Below, one piece after another: positions 11,581-21,501 of a stretch of DNA of 64,000 nucleotides (the stretch's first letter is position 1; each line of letters starts with the position of its first letter). The stretch covers positions 434,001 to 498,000 of the forward strand of contig CBFDEM010000013.1 in assembly GCA_965603825.1 (NCBI GenBank), written 5' to 3'. The notes below the pieces were generated by a model. The model was not told where the DNA came from, did no database searches, and saw nothing but the letters and a program-made list of their open reading frames with translations. The DNA is from Blepharisma stoltei ATCC 30299 (Eukaryota > Protista > Ciliophora). Made by a program: the position numbers and the translations under genes.

Positions 11581-12321
11581 ATGAATGAAAAACTAATAGT
11601 GACTGCTGTGAATTTTCTGAAAAATCCAAAAGTCCAGTCGGCTCCAAAGGAAAAACAAATAGAGTTCTTAAAGAAGAAAGGACTGAATGATGAAGATATT
11701 GCAGAAGCTTATAAAAGGGTTGAATCAAGCTCGAAAACTGAGATGGCCACTTCTTTAGCACCATCGCCAACTCTTGCTACCCAAGTTCCTTCCTATTCTA
11801 GCTTGAAAACAACGACATTAGGCCTCGACAGAAGAGGCTTAACTGTTTTGCCACCGCTAATAGGAATAAGCCACTTGCGAATTTTAGTGATTTCCAATAA
11901 CGAATTTGTGAGCATTCCTAAAGAAATAAATCTTTTGCAAGATCTTGAAATTTTGAATGCTTCACATAACAAGCTTAAAAATGATGGGATTCCTGATGAA
12001 TTATTTGATTTATCATCATTGAGTTACTTGAACTTGGCTCATAATGAATTGACGTCATTAGAAAGGTTTGGAAGATTTTTGAGGCTAGAAAAGCTTAATG
12101 TGGCTTATAACAGCATTGAAGAAATCCCTGATGAAATTTGCTATATGCAAGAACTCAAGTATTTGTGGATCCAGAATAATAAGTTGAAAAAGGTCACGAA
12201 GTATTTAGGACTAATGTCTTCTTTGAGGATGGCACTGCTATTAGGGAATGAAGATTTGCCTGAGCTCTTGAAAAATGCAACCACAAAAAATCTCCATGCA
12301 ATTCTAGACACACTTAAGTAG
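11581..12321 (+). CDS. Pex14 N-terminal domain fused to leucine-rich repeats
   Basis: ATG at 11581; LIVTAVNFLKNPKVQSAPKEKQIEFLKKKGLNDEDIAEA is Pex14_N-like; followed by about 6 LxxLxLxxNxL repeats. Confidence 0.8.
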   Translation: MNEKLIVTAVNFLKNPKVQSAPKEKQIEFLKKKGLNDEDIAEAYKRVESSSKTEMATSLAPSPTLATQVPSYSSLKTTTLGLDRRGLTVLPPLIGISHLRILVISNNEFVSIPKEINLLQDLEILNASHNKLKNDGIPDELFDLSSLSYLNLAHNELTSLERFGRFLRLEKLNVAYNSIEEIPDEICYMQELKYLWIQNNKLKKVTKYLGLMSSLRMALLLGNEDLPELLKNATTKNLHAILDTLK

Positions 12322-12579
12322 CTAAATTTCATTCAAAATTAATTAGCAAAATAATAACCTAATAGAACAATGTAAAAATCTTGTATCTTTACTTATAAAT
12401 TTGATGGTCTTCTTATTCCTGCTTCTTATAAATATTTTTGCTACAAACGGTATAAAGCTTAAAGAAAATCTTTTATTATAATTGGTTTAATTCTATTCTT
12501 TCCTATAATATCTAATAATTTTAAATAGATTTCTAAGAAAATGATTTAAGCACCTGAATCAAATTTCATACCATTAATT

Positions 12580-13242
12580 ATGTCCTTTCGTCTTTTAAGC
12601 TGGAGTCCAAAGCATTTTCGCAATGGGACGACTTGGTTCGGTAGAATATTTTGCAAGCTCATCGGGGAGCAAAAATATGACAATGTCCGTGTATGGAAGC
12701 GCACAATGTACGCAGAATGGTGGTACTTAAAGCAATATTACTTACATTGGGTTTCCGTCAATAAGGCAGACTGGGCAAACTTCTTTGCCATTCTTCCTAA
12801 GACTGACTCCTCTCATGGCTTCCCTTGGAAAGAAACTCCATCAAGATATGCACAATTCGGTGAGGATACAACCAACTCTGATGGTTATGGAGGTTGGTAT
12901 ACCTATATTTGGGTCGCTGGTGCAGCACTGTGGAATGCTTATATCTACGCTTGGCCTAGAAGGTTCGAAAACTCTTATGATTTCTTAGCAGAAGAAAGCA
13001 AGCCAAGACAAATCTACGTTGATGGGTTCCAAGCAGCAAATATCGATCAAACTCTGACTTTTTGGTTTGGATATTGGGAATCGCTATTGACTCCTCATAA
13101 GTTCGAGTGGTTCAGAAATGAAAGAGCGATTTTCTTTGGGCCTGACTCAAGAATTATGCCGACTACAATTACCCTAAATAGAAGAAACACGTTCTTTGAC
13201 CACTATTGGCAAGAGACTGGAGAATCCCAAGAAATGCTTTAA
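12580..13242 (+). CDS. Trp/aromatic-rich protein, possibly a mitochondrial inner-membrane complex subunit
   Basis: Clean 220-aa ORF with presequence-like N-terminus (MSFRLLS), one hydrophobic segment and 16 Trp; function is inference only. Confidence 0.75.
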   Translation: MSFRLLSWSPKHFRNGTTWFGRIFCKLIGEQKYDNVRVWKRTMYAEWWYLKQYYLHWVSVNKADWANFFAILPKTDSSHGFPWKETPSRYAQFGEDTTNSDGYGGWYTYIWVAGAALWNAYIYAWPRRFENSYDFLAEESKPRQIYVDGFQAANIDQTLTFWFGYWESLLTPHKFEWFRNERAIFFGPDSRIMPTTITLNRRNTFFDHYWQETGESQEML

Positions 13243-13295
13243 ACTAAATCTAAGTTTCAGATTTAAGTTTATAGATAAGTTTAAAATTTTTATTA

Positions 13296-14186
13296 ATGAA
13301 GAATGGCGAGTCCTCTGCTCTTGAAAGATTGAAGCGATCACGAAGCCAAGATGTGTTAGATAGAAAATTGCCTGTTAGCTTGAAAGATTTTATGTAAGGA
13401 CTATTAAGAGAAATCTCTAAAGAGAGAGTGAATAAAGTCAGAAGTGGACAAAGGCTTGCAAGCACTGTAGATTTGCAAAAGAAGAAATTCTTAGTGAAAG
13501 ATGAATTAAATGCAATAAAGAATGAAAAGCTAAACGAGGCTGTGCTTAGAAAAAGCAGGTCAGACCTGAAACTGCAATCGCTGAATGTAACCCCAAAAAG
13601 AGTTGAATATGAAAATACTGGAAAACTATTGGAAAACAATAAATTCGTTGAAGCTCATCCTGCTCCAAAACCCATGTCTTGCTCAGCGAGAAAGCTAAGT
13701 TCTGCCATGCAAGAATATTTGGAAGTTCCTGAGTTCTCTCCTGAATTAGAAAAGAAGAAAACCAGCAATTTAGACTCGTTTTTCATAGAAAAATTCCAAT
13801 ATATCAGCAGCTATTTAGATTCAAACAAGAATTCTGTTCACCTCCCGAAAATCAGCGAGGTTTTCAGCGCTGAAAGAAAATCAACAGCTGATAAAAAGAA
13901 AATAAACCAAATTGAAAATAAAATTAAATCAAAATCCAAGGACCCATTCAAGAGAAAAATGCTGTTTATTGATAAAATGATTAAAGAAGAAATAAGAGCA
14001 TCAATACTCCAGCAACAAACGAAAGAAGAAAACTTGCAGAAAACCGTCAACACAATTGAATTTGCAAGAAATAAAAAAATTTACATACCGCCTGATAAGA
14101 GATTTGTAAGATTAAACATCAAAGCGAAAAATTTGCTACAGAAATTTGATGAAAATTTTGTGAATACCTATAGGAGTCAGGAATAA
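13296..14186 (+). CDS. Hypothetical basic protein with one 15-nt intron
   Basis: ATG 13296; removing intron 13394-13408 deletes an in-frame TAA and joins ORF 13428-14186. Confidence 0.75.
13394..13408 (+). other. 15-nt spliceosomal intron
   Basis: GTAAGGACTATTAAG; GT-AG; A at position 10 (-6); contains in-frame TAA. Confidence 0.85.
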
Positions 14187-14202
14187 TAAATAATGATATT
14201 TT

Positions 14203-14502
14203 TTAGTTTTGTCCTTTCTCAATGAATTGCTTGATTCTGTTTAATAAATCGTCTTTGACGGCATCAGGAAGTGTCAGTTTAGCATGAGGTCGAATTTCGT
14301 CAACTAAACCTTTAACAGTTGTGGCTTCTAATGGACGACTTCTTATAATATTTCAGCAATGCTGTTTTAAATCGTCAACATATCCACACTTTTGTAGGCT
14401 TTCTCTAACATATTCTTTCAGCCTTGTTTTTTCTCCAGTCTGAGTTAGCTTTTGCTCGATTGCCGCTTTTCGTTGTGCTAAAGCTAATTCTTGTTGGTTC
14501 AT
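14203..14502 (-). CDS. ENY2: ENY2/Sus1 (SAGA DUB module and TREX-2 subunit), not in ORF track
   Basis: IEQKLTQTGEKTRLKEYVRESLQKCGYVDDLKQHC(TGA)NII...LVDEIRPHAKLTLPDAVKDDLLNRIKQFI; 99 aa. Confidence 0.9.
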
Positions 14503-14773
14503 ATTTTTTGTATAAATTTGAATAAGATAGGACTATTTCAGTTTTTTTATTTGCATTTAGAAGCATATATTTATATTTGAATTAAATAATGTTTCATTTG
14601 AATTTTATGCATGTCTGAGGCATAAAATGTGTTATTATTGCTTAAAGACTAAGAGTATATATTATAAAGAGAGATTATAAGTTTATTGTCCTCAATTTGA
14701 AAGTCAGAAGACGAATTCTCTGTATAACCATGAAATAATTAAAAAATATTGGAGTTGAATATAAGTTAAATAA

Positions 14774-15259
14774 ATGAGTATTGATCATGTTCAAGGAACA
14801 ATAGAGCTATTGAGAAGTGCTAGCAAAGCTGCACTTTCTCCAATGAAGTTCCGATTCAAAAAAGAGCTCTGCCCTGACCACTTGCCGCCTGCAGTGCTGT
14901 TTCCACACGAGCCAAGATTGAAAATAAGATCAAAATCAACAACCAGAATTGGCAAACGTCAAAAGTCATTGAAGCAAGAACTTGACAGAGAATATAAAGA
15001 CCTAATACTTAAAACCGATCGGTTAATGCATAAAAAGGTTACTGAAAAAGAAGAAGGCCATTTGGATCTTACAAGGATTTCTCCTTTAAAACTCCCATAT
15101 GTTATTCGAGATCTTGCCAAAAGAACAGCTGTAATTACCAAATTAAAAACAAGCAAAACTTATAAGTTCCTGGATTCTTCAAAACTAGCTAACGACTCAA
15201 AAAGTTTCATAAAGGGAGATTTTACTATAAGAATGAACACTAAGTATATAAATATTTAA
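14774..15259 (+). CDS. Hypothetical basic protein (161 aa)
   Basis: ATG-TAA ORF; no recognisable domain. Confidence 0.7.
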   Translation: MSIDHVQGTIELLRSASKAALSPMKFRFKKELCPDHLPPAVLFPHEPRLKIRSKSTTRIGKRQKSLKQELDREYKDLILKTDRLMHKKVTEKEEGHLDLTRISPLKLPYVIRDLAKRTAVITKLKTSKTYKFLDSSKLANDSKSFIKGDFTIRMNTKYINI

Positions 15260-15309
15260 ATTATTCTTAGTCTCGACAATAATGCTTCTTATAGACTTGC
15301 TTTTCTATT

Positions 15310-16117
15310 TTACCTATTATTCTGAGACACTCTTCGATAAATTGTGTTGAATTGTGCTTGGTGGACTTCATAGCCGTTGTCATTAATATCTCGGTGAGCG
15401 ATTCTTTGTTGCAGCACTAATAAGCAAAATATTGTGAATGATAAAGAGTAGCAGGATATGTATAATGATAGGTCTGTTGGCAGCATTGGAGATATAATCA
15501 GCACAATCAGGTATCCTACTATACTTACTAATACCCAAAAGCAAGCCACCCAACTCTAATTATAATTTACTCTTAAATACAAAATAAACAAAATTGACAA
15601 GCTCAGCCAAAAAATATCTCATAAATAAAACAATAATATTGGCTTGTTAGGGAGATATAACACAATCCCTGATATTTTTGCTAAAATCAGCTGATTATCA
15701 TTTGCAATGCAGTTTAAAACAAAATAAGCTAAAATAGCAAAAACTAAAACAGTAGCGAAAATTCCCACATTCGCCCAGCTTAGAATTTTCTCAAGTAAAA
15801 ACAATTTGTGCTTTTTCGCGTGAAAACAAAGCACATCTGAAAGAATTACAAATATTGCAGGACTTATAAAAGTAATTAGGAAAAGCCTTGCAAAGCATAA
15901 ATTGTACAACGTATAGCTATTATCTCACCCAAAGCCAATTGCAATTACCCTAATCAAAACTTACCATACTATTTATAGATTGAAGGAGTCCAAGTCAAAA
16001 CAAAAGAATGTAAGATTTCTGAGCTTTTATTCCTCCGCACGATCACGCCATAAAAATCAACCCATGAAGCCCAAGGGAGCCAAAATAAGCTGCAGTGACC
16101 ACAGTTGAACCAGGCAT
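15310..16117 (-). CDS. Multi-pass membrane protein with two tiny introns
   Basis: ATG 16117; hydrophobic segments throughout; in-frame TGAs; needs removal of 16 nt at 15949-15964 and 15 nt at 15556-15570 to join ORFs 15619-15909 and 15310-15549. Confidence 0.7.
15556..15570 (-). other. 15-nt spliceosomal intron
   Basis: GTAAATTATAATTAG; A at position 10; contains in-frame TAG. Confidence 0.85.
15949..15964 (-). other. Candidate 16-nt non-canonical GT-GG intron
   Basis: GTAAGTTTTGATTAGG; the 15-nt GT-AG splice gives a stop after 8 codons, the 16-nt splice restores the frame; A at position 11 (-6 of the 16-mer). Confidence 0.5.
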
Positions 16118-16151
16118 TTATTTAATTTTTATTGAATTTATATATTGATTA

Positions 16152-16940
16152 ATGAATAAATCCCGGAAAACAGGATTTGACTGCCCACCACATCTTTTAC
16201 AAGTGTTAGCTTGGATTCTCGAATTTGCTACAATTTTTGTGTTTTATTTTTTTATTGTCCCAATCCAGTCACTTTTGAATCAAATTTTAATGTCAGTTTT
16301 ATTTGGGATTTTTCAATTAGCCTTTATTTACCATGCATTTCTTTTAACGAAATCTGACCCTACAGACTCAACCTTAAGGCAGAAACCAAGAATAATTCGT
16401 TCAACTGATGCATACTTGACATATTGCTCTTTATGTGTTTCTGAAGTAAGTAATGATAGTAAGCATTGTATGAAATGCAATAGATGTGTCAGCAAGTTTG
16501 ACCATCATTGCAATTTTGTGAATAATTGCATTGGGAAATGCAATTATTGAATATTTATAAAAGTAATAATATTGTTGGAAATGATGGAAGTAATATTTCT
16601 AGTTTGCTGCTCTTATGTTATTTATATTTGAAATTTTGACTCAAATCATATAAAAGATGTGATAAACGGAATTTATGGAGATAACTCAGAATTTGGGCTA
16701 ATAATAGCATGCTGAATATTAGGGGTGCTATCTCTAATTATTTTATTGGCAAATGGATATTTAATTTCATTGCACGTTTGGCTAATAACACATAAAATAA
16801 CAACATATGAGCTGATATGCAAAAAAAGATTAAAAAAAACAGGTTTCGACTCATCTGTAAATATTGATTCAGATGAGACAAAAATAATCCCTTCAGCCCT
16901 GACAGGATCTTCCAAAAGGAATATACATGCAAGCTCTTAA
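16152..16940 (+). CDS. DHHC palmitoyltransferase
   Basis: CSLC...[30 protein letters not shown] and the TTYE motif; continuous frame through three TGA to TAA. Confidence 0.92.
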
Positions 16941-17118
16941 TAAATAAGTGTATTTATATAAAACATTTTTTTTGCATCTATAAATTATTTTTCATTTTCA
17001 CGATTTGCTATATTGCCGTGAGTAGCTATAAGCTTTAAAGTACTTGAGAAAATAAAATAAAAATACATTTCAGGATTAAAATTCAATAAACTTTATTAAA
17101 TATCTGTGTGTAATTAAT

Positions 17119-17481
17119 ATGAGTGAAAATGAATGGGGTATCCGACTATTTGAATGTTTTCGAAATCCTCAAATGTTTGCGTGGGCAATATTTGTTCCAT
17201 GAGGAACAGCTTGTATGCATGCTAGTGAAGCGAAAATTTTAATGAAATCAAAAGATGAATCAGTAGCCCTTAAAAGATTTTTGTGCAATGCATGCTTATG
17301 CTGTTTTGGCTGTGCTTGAAATAGGAGAGCTTTAAGGAAAGAGTTGGTACTTGATGGGAATTATTTTATTGATCTTATGCTTTGAATATTCTGTCCATGC
17401 TGTGCTGCTACACAAGAATGGCAAGAAGTCATGGTGAAAAAAGATAAAGATTCAAAAGTAGCTATTTGGAATTTAGCATAA
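17119..17481 (+). CDS. PLAC8/cornifelin-family Cys-rich protein, not in ORF track
   Basis: MSENEWGIRLFECF...CLCCFGCA(W)NRRALRK...IFCPCCAATQEWQEV; three in-frame TGA; 120 aa. Confidence 0.88.
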
Positions 17482-17925
17482 TTTTAGCATCAGATATGAG
17501 GTATAAAATATAGGAAAACGCAATATATTAAAGGAATTATATAAAATTTAAAAATCATAATTAATCTATACTTTATATAAATTATGATATCTTTTATATT
17601 ATAATTTATGAAATTAATAATCAGAGATCTGCAGATTTAATCCTGAATGGAGATCTATGTGATTTTTTTTTAATTTTATGCATTATTAAAGAAATAATTT
17701 TAAAAAGACTCCACATGCTCATTATTCAAATTGCTATTAAACTTAGCCATTTAGCCCTGCACGATAATCTATCTAATTTTCAAAGCTGTATGCATAAAGA
17801 GTCTAATATAAAAATGTGATCTAGCCAATTTATATGGTTATTCCACTATAATTAAACCAAATTTACTCGTTTCACTAATTTAAAAACAGATTATTGCTCA
17901 CTCAAAGTTTCCAAAAGTATTTAAC

Positions 17926-18381
17926 TTAAGCTGCTTGAGAAATTTGTTTGGCAATGCTATCAAGCTCTTGCTGTCCTTTCTTGGTGATTCTTCTTCCACC
18001 ATGCTTTCCTCCCTCAATTTCTTCAGTATCGACTTCAACAATTCCTTGTTTTTCAAGCTGTGCTAATAAATATCTCACAATTTTTCCTGATCCAGTCACA
18101 AAGTGGCGAGGGGTTGTGCCGTAGTTTTTGCTTCCTCCGTAAATCTTTTGGAGAGCACTGATCCCCAAATGACGTCTAAGATAAACTTTTCTGGCAAGAG
18201 CTGCAGCTCTAATGTAAAGCCAGTCTTTGTCATATGGAGCGAGTTGTCTATTGACGCCTGTCTTTACAAAGTCTGCCCATGAAGGAATTTCGATTTTGTC
18301 TGTTCTTTTTAAGTACGCAGCATAAGCAGCTATGAACTCGGCTGCTGATACATCCTTCACTACTAGTGCCTTACGGTCCAT
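17926..18381 (-). CDS. RPS19: 40S ribosomal protein S19 (eS19)
   Basis: VKDVSAAEFIAAYAAYLK, PSWADFVKTG..RQLAPYDKDWLYIRAA, GRRITKKGQQELD; first ATG at 18381. Confidence 0.97.
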   Translation of the reverse strand: MDRKALVVKDVSAAEFIAAYAAYLKRTDKIEIPSWADFVKTGVNRQLAPYDKDWLYIRAAALARKVYLRRHLGISALQKIYGGSKNYGTTPRHFVTGSGKIVRYLLAQLEKQGIVEVDTEEIEGGKHGGRRITKKGQQELDSIAKQISQAA

Positions 18382-18592
18382 CTGTGCCACAAATTAATAT
18401 GGCCATTTTGCATAATCTGGGAAGATAGAGAGGCTATAGAGAAAGAGAAAATGATTTTGCGATGGCCAAAAGGAGAAATATTCAATTTTGATGGGAAAAA
18501 GACAAGCGAGTTTATTGGGTGATGTGAAATTTTTGAGATTAAAAATGAGATGAGGAAGAAAAATAATTAGAGATCATAAGAGTTTTATTAAA

Positions 18593-19039
18593 ATGAATAA
18601 CATTTTCCAATCTAATGGAATTTTAGGGCTGTATTCCAAAGAATTAAGTGATGTGAAAGAATTGCCAATCGGTAACAGTCAAGATATTAATGAAAAACAC
18701 AAAATTTTTAAAGAGAAAGTTGAGAGTTTTTATAAGACCAGAAAAGAAAACGAAGATGAGTCTATTTCAATCCAGCTTGAAACGAACTATGATGAAGAAC
18801 ACAAAAAGCTGCTCGAATCCAGTGAAAAACTCAAAAACTTTTGCGAAGAAATTGAATCAGAGCTAAATACAAACAAAGAGCTTATTTCCGATTTAGAAGA
18901 AACTTCAGAATCGAACAACTACCTCGCCCAGAAATTGAGACAAAAAGCAAAAGAGTTAATAAATAAAGCAACCTATCCCTGCTTGACAGCTATTATTGTG
19001 ATTTTGCTTATAATGATTCTTATAGAGCTTTGTTATTAA
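18593..19039 (+). CDS. Tail-anchored coiled-coil protein, SNARE-like
   Basis: Heptad-like region followed by a C-terminal TM segment LTAIIVILLIMILI. Confidence 0.65.
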   Translation: MNNIFQSNGILGLYSKELSDVKELPIGNSQDINEKHKIFKEKVESFYKTRKENEDESISIQLETNYDEEHKKLLESSEKLKNFCEEIESELNTNKELISDLEETSESNNYLAQKLRQKAKELINKATYPCLTAIIVILLIMILIELCY

Positions 19040-19062
19040 CATAAGTTTGTAATAGCTTAACT

Positions 19063-19533
19063 ATGGATAAAGAATATCATAATAGGAAAGAATCATCCGC
19101 ATCTCCAGGCACCAAAAAAGAGCGCATAATCCGGTTTTGCTATCGTTTATATTCTTCTGAAGGAAATCGAGCCAAAAACATCATGGTTATCCACAAAACG
19201 AAAAATTCTTATGCTCCCAATAACTGGTTTCATCCATCGCGAAACCCTATGCATATGAGCTTCAAGAAAAAACAAAAACCGCTGACCCCGATGTCGGCAG
19301 CGATCAGGTCATCTTTTAACACAGCAATGAACGCAACATTTACAGAAGGATGCTTGCATGAATACTCGCCGCCAATTACCAGTAGAAAACACAACAATGG
19401 ATATGTTCCGCACGAATCTTGATACTACAAAGATCAGTCTGTAACCAAAATGCTTTTATCATCTCCAGGCAGACTTAAAACAACTCAAAATTATTCAAGA
19501 TTTCAGCTGACGAAAAGTAGTTTTAATAATTAA
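19063..19533 (+). CDS. Hypothetical protein (156 aa)
   Basis: ORF 19063-19422 extends through TGA to TAA 19531-19533. Confidence 0.65.
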
Positions 19534-19560
19534 TGTAATTTCACCTAATTTAGATAAATA

Positions 19561-20757
19561 ATGAATAATAGCAGAAGATTCAGTTCGTTTGCGAGTGAAG
19601 AATTAAAAGGCATCATTAAGCTAAAGCGTAAAAGAAGATGGGTAAAACGCTATGTGGTTTTAGCTGGTGGCAAGCTATGCTACTTTAAAAACCAAAGCGC
19701 AATACAGCCTCGAGCTACAATAGACTTAACTGGTGTAAAGGTAAATAACATTGGGCAAGTTAAAGGGGAAAACATATTTGAATTAGTCAAGCCAAACTTT
19801 TTTTCTATTAAATTCGCTTTCAACGAAGCTGAAGAATACAAGCAGTGGCTGCATCATATAACTAAATACTCTGAAGAGTTCAAAAATAACGAAGAAATCA
19901 CTAGCGACTGCAGATATGAAGAAGATGAAAAGAAAAAAGAAACCATTTCAACAAATTTATTAGAAAAACTAAATGTGACTGAGATATCTGGATTGCTGCA
20001 ACAAAGAATCAAAGAAATAATTGATAAAGAATATATAATTGTAGGGAATAAAGGTGGTGCAATATATGCAGAGAATAAGCCATTTATGAAAACTAGCAAG
20101 GAGAGCGAGAAAAACGAAAAAAGCAGCATTTTTATTGGAATTCTTGTGTGGACTATTTTAAGCTGTATGGGGTTTCAGGTCCTGTCAGTTTTGTTTTTAA
20201 TTGCATTGCTATCTTGGACTCATTTGATGAAGGAAAATAAGCTGAAAGGCAGTAAAAGGGTTTTTGGGTTTAAAACTACAATTTTGATTGAAGGTAGCAT
20301 TGGCGAAATTTTAACCACTTTAAACAACTCGTCAAGCAGAATCTTATGTGAGCCTTATTCAATTGATATTACAGAAGGTTCAAATATTGCAATATCCTAC
20401 AGTTTTGATAAAAATATAATAGTCCAGGATATCACTCGTCATTTCTTAAAGTATAATGGATCATATTTATTAGTGGAAAATGTTGGCCCGGATATAAAAA
20501 GCATTTTCAAGTTGGAAAGTAAAACAAAAAATGGAGTTATATGCTCATCAGTTACTCATTATGGAAAAGAATGCATATCAAAAGATCCTTTAATAGGAAA
20601 TTCTGATATAATAATTGCTCTAAAACAGTTAGTTGATATGACGAGCCACTATTCGAGGGACCCTGCCGCTTTTTCGACTGACAACTTTGAATCAGACACT
20701 GATGACGAAGAAGAATCAAAGATGTATCACTCTTTAACGGTTCCTTTAAGCAGATAA
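19561..20757 (+). CDS. PH-domain protein with central TM hairpin and possible START-like C-terminal region
   Basis: KGIIKLKRKRRWVKRYVVL...LCYFK...EEYKQWLHHI is a PH domain; hydrophobic hairpin follows; the START-like call is weak. Confidence 0.75.
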   Translation: MNNSRRFSSFASEELKGIIKLKRKRRWVKRYVVLAGGKLCYFKNQSAIQPRATIDLTGVKVNNIGQVKGENIFELVKPNFFSIKFAFNEAEEYKQWLHHITKYSEEFKNNEEITSDCRYEEDEKKKETISTNLLEKLNVTEISGLLQQRIKEIIDKEYIIVGNKGGAIYAENKPFMKTSKESEKNEKSSIFIGILVWTILSCMGFQVLSVLFLIALLSWTHLMKENKLKGSKRVFGFKTTILIEGSIGEILTTLNNSSSRILCEPYSIDITEGSNIAISYSFDKNIIVQDITRHFLKYNGSYLLVENVGPDIKSIFKLESKTKNGVICSSVTHYGKECISKDPLIGNSDIIIALKQLVDMTSHYSRDPAAFSTDNFESDTDDEEESKMYHSLTVPLSR

Positions 20758-20817
20758 TAAAGCATCCTTTAGCCTTAGTATGTAAATAAATAAAACATTT
20801 GACCTAATAAGTTATAA

Positions 20818-21195
20818 ATGGCAGTTCCACCTGAATATGGTATTTCCGCCCATCATACCGAACCGAAGGAAGAAGAAAAGTTTTACCCAGCTCAAGTAAA
20901 AAGAATAGTGAATGATATTTTGCAAGATAAGCTTGAGGGGAGAGTATATAATGATGCCACTGCTCAACAGCTAGCTCTTGAAATAAGTAACATAGTTAAG
21001 ATTAGATGCAAAAATTTGAGAATGCCGAGGTATAAATTAATTGTACAGACTTTTATTGGGGAGAACTTAGGACAAGGGCTGAGAGTAGCGTCAAAGTGCT
21101 TATGGAATGCAAAGCTCGATAACTATGCATCTCATTCTTACCAATCTGGGAATATCTTTGCAGTCGTTATTGTTTTTGGATCATATTTTGAATAA
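20818..21195 (+). CDS. Tctex-1 family dynein light chain (TCTEX1D-like)
   Basis: KFYPAQVKRIV, PRYKLIVQTFIGENLGQGLRVASKCLWNAKLDNYAS, FAVVIVFGSYFE. Confidence 0.92.
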   Translation: MAVPPEYGISAHHTEPKEEEKFYPAQVKRIVNDILQDKLEGRVYNDATAQQLALEISNIVKIRCKNLRMPRYKLIVQTFIGENLGQGLRVASKCLWNAKLDNYASHSYQSGNIFAVVIVFGSYFE

Positions 21196-21501
21196 ATTAA
21201 TATATAATTCTTTAATAAAGATAAAATATTAAATTCTATAGCTACTAAGATATTTAGTTTAAGCTATTTAGAATAAGAAGTTGCAAAATATCTTTATAAA
21301 TAAATGATACATCGAAAATTATATTTCTAATAATTGAATTCCATAAGCAATATTGTAAAACTAGTAGGCATTTTTAAATAAATAGATTTAAAACAGATAT
21401 CATATTAATATTATCATCAATATTTTTAATAAAAATTCCTTGCATTAATTTAGAGCATATTTTCCTACTTTAGGCTATTTTTCATTAAAATTATGTCATA
21501 A

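Noticed and set aside
17200-17202. TGA in the PLAC8 gene at a position that is often Cys (possible selenocysteine or Cys)
   Set aside because: No SECIS-like hairpin is visible downstream; a single TGY>TGA change giving Trp is simpler, and other TGAs clearly align with Trp.
18382-18590. Strand-biased purine/pyrimidine tract with two TGGCCA palindromes upstream of RPS19
   Set aside because: Only ~7 bp of pairing and no RNA-family motif; consistent with an ordinary promoter/UTR.
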